Below are positions 52,205 through 64,000 of a DNA stretch of 64,000 nucleotides, in pieces. Source of the DNA: Sphagnum compactum (lineage: Eukaryota); assembly GCA_965153455.1 (NCBI GenBank), contig OZ234493.1:21008213-21072212 (forward strand), in the 5' to 3' direction. The position numbers and the translations under genes were made by a program. Below the pieces are notes generated by a model that made no database searches, was not told where the DNA came from, and worked only from the letters and a program-made list of their open reading frames with translations. How positions within the stretch are numbered: the first letter of the stretch is position 1; the number at the start of each line of letters is the position of its first letter.

Positions 52205-52624
52205 AAGGGATAGTTGGATAATAGTTGTATACGAATTGTTTTTTGAGCTTTAGGTACAAGGGAGTGTGGTTTTGGTGGATGCAATTTCTCATATTGCAAT
52301 GTGTTGATTTCAAATGCCAAGCAAACTTTACACACCAAGTTTTGGGAACAAACCAACTAAAAATGCAAAAGAAAGTGGATATCAAAAAGTGTTGGCAACA
52401 TAAGGCTTAAATGCACCTATTTTTCAACAAACAAAAGCATGGTTGAAGCAACACAAAGAGGTAGCCAAATGTTAGGGGAGTCCATTGATCGTATACATGA
52501 ATCCAATGCGGTACTAGAAGAGAAAGAACAAAACTTCAAGAGTCTATGCTGGAAAAGCTAATAGATTATTTCAAATGTAAACTCAAAGCACTAAACAAAA
52601 CCCAAATGAATATGGTCAAAGTCA

Positions 52625-53430
52625 TTTCAGACTTGATAAAAAACTATTATAATAGATTATGTAATAAACAATATGTAATGAAAACATTAAGGATAAAAGA
52701 CACAATCAAATCAATCTTGATAAACAACCCATTAAAAGTATTTTTAAGTATGCCAAAAGCATTTTCCACAATAGCTTGTCCTCTTTTATGATTCCTATCG
52801 TGTAATGATTCCATAATAATATGTTGCCTTCTTCCTAAATTGGAGTTGTAATCCTTTATCACCCAAAAGGAAGGGGAAAAACCCATCAGAACTTCTACCA
52901 TCAAATAAACCATGGTATTGAACATTTATGTACAAGGCAAATGTGCACAACACTTTTGAATCATTCAAACTTCCTAGAAGGCCCACAAACAAATATGTAA
53001 ACATTTTATTGCAATCCACAACCACTTGTGCAACTCCATTATACATGTATGTTTTGTGATAATAGTGGTTTTCAACATATGAAATAGGTTTAACAATTGA
53101 GATGGAGTGCCATCAATGGCCCTACACATTAAGAAAACCACGCCAATTTTTAAGATCTTCCATTACAATTTACATAACCCCTCTTTGAGGCCAAAAAATT
53201 TAATCCCTATATACATTGTTGAATGCGTATATAAATTCATTCAAGACAAGGGACATTGTTGATTTTCCTACTACAAAAAGTTCATTGCAAGTAAGAAAAT
53301 TAGCACCATGTGAACTAATTTATAAAATGCATAACATACATAAATTTTTACAATCTAATTATTTTTCAATATTTAGTATCTTGCTTTTCAATGTTCGAAT
53401 TTAATTTTTATGCAATGTTAAACAATGTAA
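52625..53430 (-). mobile_element. Decayed PIF/Harbinger (HARBI1-like) DDE transposase
   Basis: Frameshifted motifs AIDGTP (about 53120), QVVVD, GSLNDS, LLGDKG, VENAFGILK and LLHNLL, convergent with the Myb ORF. Confidence 0.85.
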
Positions 53431-54939
53431 CTTTTTCCACATTAAAAAAAATTCACCCACCTATTTTCATCAAAATTTTGTTAACTTGGAAAATTAGGTT
53501 GTGTTTTTAGGCTTGACCCAAATGACCTAAATCAGGTGATAACAAATTCAAAGCAATTGATTTTTTGAAAACATGTAAAACAACAATAATACATGCAGTA
53601 ACTTGGATTGTAAATATTCAATTGTTATCATTGGAATATTTAGGTTGAAGAAAGTCTAAATTGTTATAAACGTTGTTGAAAAAAATATTTCTTGCATCAG
53701 GTTAACTAACAATGTAATGCAATAAATTAAAATAAGATAATCTATCTTATCATCCATTGTTGGTGTAGGAGTTAACAAAAGATGCAAAAAAAATTTGATA
53801 AGTTCTTCTTTCATTAAAGGGTAATGGGATATCAAATCCACATCAACAAAACAAGACGCCATTGTTGTTTACAACAAGCTCATTTTAGAAATGAAAAACA
53901 CCTGCAAAACAAAAACAACAAGAATTTCACAAATGAAGTATAACAGTAGAAAAATCACAAAGGAGTTATCATTGCATATAACAAGTTCACTATGAAAATG
54001 AATAAAATAAAAGACACAACGAAACCAACACAACAACATCAAAGGAAAACTACAAAAAACAAAAATTTCAAAAATCGAAACAACATCAAAAGGAAGATTT
54101 TGAATGACCACTGTAGCTTCAACCTTTGTCATGAAAAGGAATAATTGGACACAAAACTTTTCAAAACAACAACATCCAAAAATGCTTTAAAAAAGTTGTT
54201 GTTGCAAGTTTGGCATGGAGAAAACACTTGCACACAAAAAATGACATAATAAATTACAAAAAATAAGAGGCAAGAAACAAGAATGATGCAAAAAAGACAC
54301 AACAAACTATAAGCAACAAAAGCAAAATGATATTGCTTACAAGTTTATTGTGGTGAAAAATCACTTCGCAAGTTGAACATTTGCAAAAAGTGCAAATGTG
54401 ATGGCCGAAACAAGTAAAAGCATGGAAAAATGTGAACAATTTGCAAAAGCAAATGAGAATGCTTAGGAAATAACTACAATGAACAAGTGTGCTTGGTAGA
54501 AGAGAAATGAAAGACAACATGAAAACAATGGAGATTATAGGAAAGGAAAAAAATTATAAACACAAAGGGGCATGAAGAAATTTTTTACCTCTAACACCAT
54601 GTGTGACTTAACGATTGCAAAAGCAATGATGTGTACACAAAAACAAGGTACACAACTCTAGGTGTGAATTGAGGTCTTCAAATGGCTATTTCAAGGTGAT
54701 GTACCATCACCACAATTGGTCATTGTTAATTGATGGTAATAATAATAACAAGGCAAAATAATTAGAAGTTAATTTTAGAATGAAAATGTTATTTGACGAT
54801 AGTATCGTTAATCAATTATTTTCAGGGAAAAATAATCATAATTAATTTTGGAATATAATTATAATAAAAACTTATTCAAATTGAAATATAAGCCTCCTTG
54901 TATGGCTAGCTTAATGGGTATCATAATAATTATTTGATT

Positions 54940-55550
54940 AATAATGATAAATATTTATTTACCATTCTTTAATTACTGGGGGATGAAGTTATTTGAGTAA
55001 TGCTACTAAAAGGTTTTTAAGGATGTTTGTTTTGATCAACTATATGCATTGAGAGTGGAAAATTGCCTTATAATTTGGCAAGGTCAATATAAAGATGAAA
55101 ATGCCCCAAAAAAGTCATATTGGAGGCAATTAATGATCAATCATTATGAATTTAACATGCCTATTTTGGCATGGCAAGTTCCAATAATGACATCAATGTC
55201 TTAAACATGTCACCACTTACTCATTATATATTAAATGTAGGTAAAAATGACATTCATTTTGTTATCAACTATACGAATATGTTCCCTGGTATTATTTTCT
55301 TGTTGATTGCATCTTGATCCAAAGTGGTTTGTTTTGTGCAAACAATTCATGACCCTCATGATGAAAAGTGCCAACATTTCATTATGATACAAAAGACACT
55401 TCAAAAAACATGTTGAATGAACTTCCGGTGTCTTTCAATTTTGATGGGCTATTATATCAAACCTTTGTAGGCAATGGGATTCGAATACTATGATAAAAAT
55501 TATGTTTGTTTGTATCATCCTTCATAATATGATAATTGAAAATGAATACA
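54940..55550 (+). mobile_element. Second decayed PIF/Pong-type transposase
   Basis: Broken peptides NC..IWQGQY, ILEA, HAYFGMASSNNDINVLNMSPL, FVQTIHDP and IILHNMIIENE. Confidence 0.8.
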
Positions 55551-58500
55551 TGGCATGAACCTATAGCCTTTACTTAATCCATTTGCCAATTTAGACATGA
55601 AAAGGGGGATGATTTTGAAGTTTTGGTGCAAGGCACAAAAGAGATTGAAAACTTGAATGCACATTTTTGTCTTTGAAATGATTTGATTGAACATCTTTGG
55701 AGTGTCAAAAAGAATTTTATTTATTGATAGTTGTGTGGTATAAGGATGTTGATTGCAATGCATATTATGTAATATCCTTCAACTTAAATATTATTTAAAT
55801 ATTAATAAATTTATTGGTTAAATGAATAGTAATAAATATTTAATTTTCATTAGATATCGACTATAATGATCTAGTAACTAATTAATAATTTATTGATTAA
55901 TAGTTCATTAAAAATTAGTTAATAACTAAAATATGACTAATTAATATTTTAAATATTAATTAATAATTTAAAAACTCTACTAATATAACTAATAGCTAGC
56001 CTAAGCTAACTACTTTAATATAATTATTTCATTTTTCCATTTTTATAGATAATAATAAATATTTAATAATAATAATAATAACACTAATTGAATGATTATT
56101 ATAACTAGTTGGTAACCAAGGCTAGCTATTTTGTTTATATTATTCATTTTATTATTTCACTTGTTATAGCTATTTATGACATATTATAATAAATATTTAA
56201 TATATTTAATAAATTTTCTTTTTGATAAGTATATTTGTCCTTTGAAAATATTTTTTTCATTTATATATATTTTTTAAAATTTACAATTTAACATATGTGA
56301 ATTTTGTACTATAATATAAATAATTCACATTCAAAACCTTTCAACATTACATAATGTATATTAACTATATATACAATTTATATTGATTTGACAATATGAA
56401 GATTAAAATTTCATCTTCTAAGTGAAGGCCCAAAATAAAACATAATTTTTGGTCCAAATTGTGTGTAAGAAATATTATTTGATTAGATGGAATTTGATTT
56501 AAACAATCATGTAATATGTCATATTATAACTAATTGATGTCCAAGATTTCAATAATAATTTTTTTAATGCCAAAAATAGCTTTAATGGGGTACTTTGACT
56601 ACAAATGAACATGATGACTATATAATGAATCCAATTTCATTCAAAGTGAAATGAAACAAAGGTATGGTGTTTTAATTCATTTTTACAACCTTTCAGTGAG
56701 TTGGGTTAGTGAAATGGACCTACTTTTTGTAATAGTGTTAACATCTAAATTGGAAATAATTTTATAATTAAAATTATGATCTCAAAATGTGGGAAAGTAT
56801 AAACCAGATTACAAATTTCATTTTACATCCATGTAAATAAGTTCCAATAATAGGCCTAGTAATTACACCATAAATTAGATAATTATTAAGTACATATAAA
56901 AATGAAACATAAATTAAGAAAAATAAACTACAAATATGTAAACTACATAACAAATGCAAATAAAAGAAATCTTACAATATAATGGTAATTTTGACCATTG
57001 GTGGTAATCCTTACAACAATCTTACCATCCAATACTTCATGGTAACGCCCACAAACAAGAAAAAAATGCAAAAACTGATAAAAATATTTAAAACAAATAA
57101 GGTTTAGGGCCGGGGTGTTTGCCATCTTTGGATTGCCATCATACTTTTTCATCTTTAGGATTATAACAATAGTGGTAGTTTGGCCCATTATTAATTGAGT
57201 TAACATGATTTACTGCAAATAACACATTTATAATCCACCATTTTCTCTTTGAAATTTTCCAACACCAAAACCATCTATTTTCATTACACCAAAATCATAC
57301 AAAGTACACCCACTTTCCAAAATATATAAATACCTCCAAAATACACTTAAAATTGGTTCAAATTTATTTTGCATAGTTGAAACCAAAAGGTGTTTCTCAA
57401 AATGAAAAACTAGCCAACATTGGTCCTTAAAAATTTGTTTTACTCCCAAGCTTAACATTGGAAAAAGGTGAATATTTTTTGTTTTAAAAAAGTTCAATTT
57501 ACTTTTGGATCAAATTGCTTTCTTTCAATTGTATGGTTGAAAGAAGTGGGCGTGACAAAAAACTAGTAAATTATGAAACATTATCCATCTCCATCCACGT
57601 ATGATTCCATGTAAACTTTTTATCCTATCCAATTGCATGCTTTTGGTTTGTTAATGGTCAAAGAACTCATCCTCTAGTGTCAAGAGACTTGGATATAAAG
57701 TTGTTCAAACAAGTAATGAATCAAATTTAAAGTGGAAAGAACATTTGTACTATGAAGTCATTGATGATCAACACAACCTCTACCATTTGACTTAGAATGG
57801 ATGAAGCTTACAAATGGATGAAACTTGTGTCTTTGGAAAAATTGGAACCCAAAGAGGTGTAAAAATAAAGAATTAATGTATTAATTAATTTTTTGATATT
57901 TTAGATGAATGGTTATTGTGATTGCACAGTGTGAGTATTTTTGATTCAAACATATGTTAAAATTTGCTTCACTTTGCTACACATGTTCAAAACTTACTAG
58001 TCAAATGGTTATGGAAACACTCCTTTCCAAGAACCCAATGGAACATATTACCTAGGTTGAGATCAAGAAATCAAATCTAATGATGTAACAAACCTTGCAC
58101 AAATCTTATTGACAACAAATAGGCTACATGATGGATTTCTTAATACGAAAAACCACATACATTGCATTTTGAACTACAATATAGAAAATCTTGATTGTTC
58201 AGGTAGTCTAATATCATAAGGCTACTAGATAGGTCATTTACCATTGTTTGAAATGATTGTTGTATCATAAATTAGGTAGTCTTATAAACATTTTGAACAA
58301 CATTGTGGGAAGGATAAACATGTGATGCAACAAATGATTATTGTAGGGCAAGTTTATTTATAAAGTAAAACTTTACTAACCTTATTATCAATTATGTTTA
58401 GACCCTTCTTATGCTATAGTCCACCAAAATGAAAACTACATTGTTTCATATTTTTTCCTTACAAAAGAAAGTTAACCCTTAAAAACATAAGCTTTGGGAA

Positions 58501-59703
58501 ATGATTTCACTATCACAAAAATTCCAAACATTATTTTCTTCATGGATCTATGCACATATTAAAAAAATAGGGGAAATACATCGTGGGATTTGAAAATATG
58601 GTGTAAATTATAAACATTTAAGAGAATTTATAAACATATGAGTAAGATTGGGCATTCAAAATGAACCAATCTAAAGTATGGGAAACTCTTGCTAAAAGTT
58701 ATGGCAAAACTTTGAACATTCAAAAAAAATAAAATTAAGATCATCTCCTCTTCAACCAAACCTCAAAACAAAATATTACATCTTAGGTATCCCATGCCGA
58801 AATTTCAATTCACATGGGATAAGAATGATTTGGATTGAATATTTCCAATGAATTAACATTCATCTAATTTCATGCTTGGAAAAAAATCCAATGTTAAATA
58901 ACAATTGGCCAATTAACATCACTTAACCCGTTACTATTCAATAAATGAAATTGACAAAACACCACCTATTAGATTACACTAGGGAAAGCTAGGATGGGAA
59001 GGCTAACTACATGGGGTATGGCTCTTGTGCAACCTTTCTCACACATGAGAAAATGATTACACCAAATTCTTGTTACAAAACCCCCTTAGATCTAAATGGA
59101 TGTGTGTTGAGTCAACACACCATTAATTTTTATTTTCTTCTATTCATCCAACTAATTTTTTTTGCAAAAATAGTTAAATATGTCCTATTCCAAACTTGTT
59201 ATATATATATATATATTCTAAATTCATAACAATAAGCATTTAAAGGTGAAAATAATAAAAGCTGTCTAATTTTTAAAATTTGATAACTTTTAATCGACAT
59301 TGTGGAATGTAAAATGTAAACCTCAAGAACATGGGTAGCTATTTGCTAGTGGTGTTTAAATAGTTGTGAAATGGCAAGTGCATTGGAACTCTGTGGTGAT
59401 GGGCCTCTTTGATTGATCCTAAACCAAAACTATGTTGACATGATGGACCCCTCCATAATATAAGATTACATAGCTTTCTTTGTGTTTAGATATCGTAATG
59501 CCCTCCTTATGAATAAAAGCATCCATCATAGTAAAAGAAAATAAAAAAATAAAAAATGTAATGCCTTCCATATGAAATCTAGAAATATGAAACAACTAAT
59601 AGATGTAGTATTATGTGTGGTAAGATGCCTTCCAACTACACTATGAAAACTCTTGGAGTGTTTTATGAAAGCCACAATGCTACTATGCAAGGTTATGTTA
59701 AGC

Positions 59704-59895
59704 AGGGAAATACTCCAATTAGGGTGAAATTGAAACCCTAAGCTACTATGCAATGTTATGTAACATGAATCATATGACAAAATTGAAATCCCTAAGCTAG
59801 GGAAATACTCCAATTAGGGTGAAATTGAAACCCTAAGCTACTATGCAATGTTATGTAACATGAATCATATGACAAAATTGAAATCCCTAAGCTAG
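59704..59895. repeat. Near-perfect tandem duplication, about 95 bp x2
   Basis: agggaaatactccaattagggtgaaattgaaac starts at 59704 and 59799. Confidence 0.9.
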
Positions 59896-60999
59896 GTACT
59901 ATGCTTAATAATTTTTGATTTTGTTTCATATTTTTGTTTTTTGGGTTGGGTTATGGGGATGAATGTGTGTGGGAGAACAAATCATTTGAGAAAGTTATAA
60001 ACATGGTGTCCAAAAATGTTGTAGGTAGTGCAATCCATCAACTAGACTTGTTTGGAATTGTAGGTTAGGGTAGTAGTACAAGCAAGGTACTTCTTGTTGT
60101 TTTGGATGTAGAGAATGAAATTTTAGGCAAACTTGTTGTGGTGGAGTGAAGTCAATGGACTTAAAATGGGGAGAGAGATAGATAGGTAGGTGGCATTGTT
60201 GGAAAGAGGTGGAAAGTGTTGGGAGGGAAGGTGGGATGTATGTCATGTGATCATTGGTTTCCTTGCTATGAAGACCTTTTGAAAATATAGTATTATAGTT
60301 AGTGTGGAGGTGGAGGGGAGGAATTTGTGTCATGTGATTATTGGTTTCTTTGTTACCTATTGGAAATCTATCTAGGAACAAAAGTAGTTTGTTTCTCATG
60401 TTGAAATCTCATAATCCATAATGCCTCTTGTCACACTTTTTTGATATCGTTGGAAAGCTCTTGATCACACTCTTTTGATATCGTTGGAAAGCTCTTACGA
60501 ATAAATACAAAGGGTGCATTGAGTTGGTTTCATAATGTTTTGACACGTGGTGGAGAAGTTATTGAATATTTTTGAATTATTTTTCAATGAAAATTTTATT
60601 TAAAATCAACGATATTTTTTGATAAGAAAATTTGGAGCCTACCCTTGGTATTGTTAAAAAAACCTTTGATGGATAAGATTTAATAAAAGATGATTTTGGA
60701 TAAGAATTAATAAAAGATGATTTTGGAAGTTTTTAGATCCACTACGGTATGAGAAATACTAAATTTTGAGTAAATTTGTGCCATTGAAAATTCAATTATT
60801 TTACAATTGATTTTGAATATCATCCAAGAGTCAAAAAGTGAGACATGGGTAAAATAGGTATGGACTATGGACACAAAAACATACCCACACACCCAATAGC
60901 GAAAACACACATATGGACTCTTATTTGGTTCATTGGTATTCAAAAATATAGTATTATAATTGATTTTGGATATCATCAAATATTTAAAAAGTAAACAAG

Positions 61000-61360
61000 G
61001 ATAGGTAGGTAGGTTGGTAGGTAGATAGGTAGGGTAGGTAGGTAGGTAGGTACACAAATCACACTCTCCCCAAACCCCTCCACCCCCTTACACAAAGACA
61101 CACACCCAACAACACCACATAGGTAGATAGGTAGGGTAGGTAGGTACACAAAACACACTCTCCCTCAAACCCTCCACCCCCTTACACAAAGACACACACC
61201 CAACAACACCACATAGGTAGGTAGGTAGGGTAGGTAGGTACACAAAACACACTCTCCCCAAACCCTCCACCCCCTTACACAAAGACACACACCCAACAAC
61301 ACCACATAGGTAGGTAGGTAGGTAGGTAGGTAAGTAAGTGGGTAAGTAGGTAGGTAGGTA
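61000..61360. repeat. Three 94-bp units interleaved with (TAGG)n tracts
   Basis: tacacaaa.cacactctccc...caacaacaccaca(tagg)n starts at 61051, 61145 and 61239. Confidence 0.92.
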
Positions 61361-61785
61361 CCAAGTGCATGGTACACACAACAAAGATATCCAAAGTTGT
61401 TGTTTGTTATTTTGGTTACAAAAGTTTTGAATTTTGTGTGGGAGCAAGTTTTGGTACCAACCTTTGCATTTTATTTTTTGGGTGTGTTTTGGAGGGAGGG
61501 GCTGAAGAGAGGGCGGGGGGGGGTGGGGGTGTGCAGGGGGGCGTGGAAGAAAAAGAATTGTTGGAATTAGGGTTTGGTGGGAATGGGAAGGAGCTTGCGA
61601 GGGAGCAAATCTTTGGAACTTTGTGTGAGGGGGAAATGAGTTTTTTCTTGCAAGCTTTAGTGAACATTTTTGTTGAGAATTCATGAGATTGTGGTAGTGA
61701 AGAGGACGGGGGGAAAGGGTGGGTGGTTTCTGACGTCTGGAATCTTGAGTTCTTGTGGGTTTGGAAAGGATTTTTTTTTGTGAAG

Positions 61786-64000
61786 ATGAGTAGTGCAGGT
61801 GGAAATGGTGGTGGTGGTGGTGGTGGGACTACTCACTCTCCTTCTCCTCCTTCCCAGGAAGCAAGAGCAGGGGTAGCGGAGAGATGGATTTCGTCACAAG
61901 CTGCTGGTACTACTCCTACTAATCCCAGTTTGTCGCAGAGTAACTCTCCCAAAGCATCTGCAAATCCATCTCCCAAAGGCCCATCGGCAGCAGGAGCAGC
62001 AGCTTGGACGAATAAGAGTCCTCCTTCTGCCTCGCTAGGAGCGCCCGTTGCATCAGCTATCCCTCTCATGAGCTCTTCATATAATTTTGGATCTGCTCTT
62101 GGTGAAAGCTCCCTTGGCTCTTTGTCAGCTTTCGGAGGTCCTGCAGGAGGAGGAGGAGGAGGAGGAGGAGGAGGTGCAGCTGCTCTTTCCAGCCCTTTCC
62201 CACAGTCTGCTTCTTCAGGTGGGTTTTGTGGAAAAGCATTTTCCTTTCTTCCTCCTTTCTCCTTTGCAAGATTTCTTTGCAAACGCATGAACTGTACAAA
62301 GAGATAGGACGAAAAGAAACTCATGGGTACAGCAAGGGAGAAAGACAACAGCACCCAACAGCACCCTCAAAGAAGGATGGAAACTACACACAACATCGGA
62401 AACATATCAACAGCAGCTGGATTGGAGAAAGTCTCTTGTCCTGTGGTGCATGAAATCTCGTCCTTGTGTTGCATTTTGTTTTGTTTCTACAGGTTTTGGG
62501 TCTGGTTTTGGAGTGTACAATGGATCAGTGGCTGCATTGCCATCATCAACAACAGGGATTTCTTCATCTCCTCAATACACCTTTCAATTACCTGGTACTG
62601 GAATGAAAGACTGCTTAATCCGGTCTCCTTCGTATAACAACTATTCTCACAAGGTGACAAAGTCAAAAAATACACCAAGGCAAGTGTCTTTTGATTCAAA
62701 AAGTATTCAGAGTGGGGGACTGGCGAGGTTTCATCAAGCTCAGAGTGACAGCAAAGACAGTCCAAAAGAAGCGTTGTCTGAAACAACTTCCTCATCCTCC
62801 GAGAATCACTACCCATCAGCTGGCAACGAGAAGTTGTATGAGGCGTACAATGATCTTCACAGTCTTGCTCAGGATTTTCACAAGCCCTTTGATGCGCCTG
62901 CGATTGTGGTTGTTGGACATCAGACCGATGGCAAGAGTGCCTTAATTGAAGCTCTCATGGGCTTTCAGTTCAATCATGTTGGAGGTGGAACCAAAACCCG
63001 TCGCCCCATCACACTGCATATGAAGTACAATGCTTTGTGCAGTGAGCCCCGATGCTTTTTGATTACAGAGGATATGCCTCCAATAGAGGAAGAGAAGCGC
63101 CTTGAAGACCTGCAGGTTCTCTTTCCTTTCTCAATCCCTGCATTAGTAAACTGTATGCACATCAGATTTTTTGCTTGCACACTCTTATTGGATGCAGGGT
63201 TTTGCTCTCTGATTGTGTTGGGGTTTACTTCTTACAGGCTTATATTCAAGCTGAGAATATGCGCCTTGAACATGAAGCATGCCAGTTTTGGGCCAAGGAA
63301 ATCATTCTGAAGATTGAATACAAGTACTGTCCAAATCTGACCATCATTGACACCCCAGGTCTCATTGCAGCAGCTCCGGGACAAAACAATCATGCCCTTC
63401 AGGTCCTATGCTGAAACTTGCATAAGCATTTAACAGCCCAATGCAATGTTGTGATGCGTGCAATTCTTCATTGGCATCCACAGTTGTCATTGTCTTGTTT
63501 AGCGAACTGGTTCTGTTGTGGGTGAACAGATGCAAGGGCGGGCAGTAGAGGCATTGGTGCGCACCAAGATGCAGCATAAGGAGTTCATTATCCTCTGCCT
63601 GGAAGATTGCAGTGACTGGAGCAATGCAACCACTCGGCGCATTGTGATGCAGGTCCAGTTTTCACCCTTTCTGCCATTCCACTTCACAAGTTCTGAAGTC
63701 TGGTACTTCCTTTTGTCATGAAAGTCTACATTGAGAAAACTCTTGGGGTTTTTTCTTTTTTTGGGGGGTGTTTTACAGGTTGACCCAGAACTGTCAAGAA
63801 CAGTGATTGTTTCCACCAAGTTGGACACGAGGATCCCTCAGTTTGCAAGCCGTGCTGATGTTGAACTCTTTCTAAGGCCTCCCAAACGCTTGTTAGATAG
63901 AAACATTCTGGGTGGTGCTCCCTTTTTCACCTCAGTCCCATCAGGACGGGTGGGCAGTAACCGGGATTCTGTTTATCAATCAAATGATAATTTCCGTGAG
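61786..64000 (+). CDS. ARC5: Dynamin-related plastid/peroxisome division protein ARC5/DRP5B, 5' part (continues past the window)
   Basis: Exons 61786-62218, 62493-63115, 63238-63402, 63530-63652 and 63779-64000 join in frame. Motifs are LYEAYNDLH, G1 GHQTDGKS, FQFNHVGGGTKTRRP, DTPG and TKLD. Confidence 0.93.

Noticed and set aside
60707-61686. ORFs with repeated YLPT/CGVVGC peptides
   Set aside because: They are translations of the 94-bp/(TAGG)n tandem repeat.

Overview
This is eukaryotic land-plant genomic DNA, with spliceosomal introns and a gene and repeat content that resembles a moss (Sphagnum-like; organism not verifiable here). Six recognisable spliced genes are present: the 3' end of a DBP4/DDX10-type DEAD-box helicase, a 2H cyclic phosphodiesterase, a CFL1-like WW protein, a class II trehalose-6-phosphate synthase, a CBL2/3-type calcineurin B-like sensor, and the 5' part of the dynamin-like ARC5/DRP5B. 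A seventh, atypical gene (5407-7398) appears to join a ubiquitin-like N-terminus, a trypsin-like peptidase and a basic repeated tail, similar to Crinkler/RHS (CR)-type effector proteins; this is the best candidate for something unusual. Intergenic DNA holds a decayed L1 LINE, decayed PIF/Harbinger elements with a nested insertion, several MITE families, solo-LTR-like repeats and several tandem arrays, one made of hairpin monomers in a 124-bp higher-order unit. No CRISPR array, rRNA or tRNA was recognised. All homology calls are from motif recognition by eye, with no database searches.
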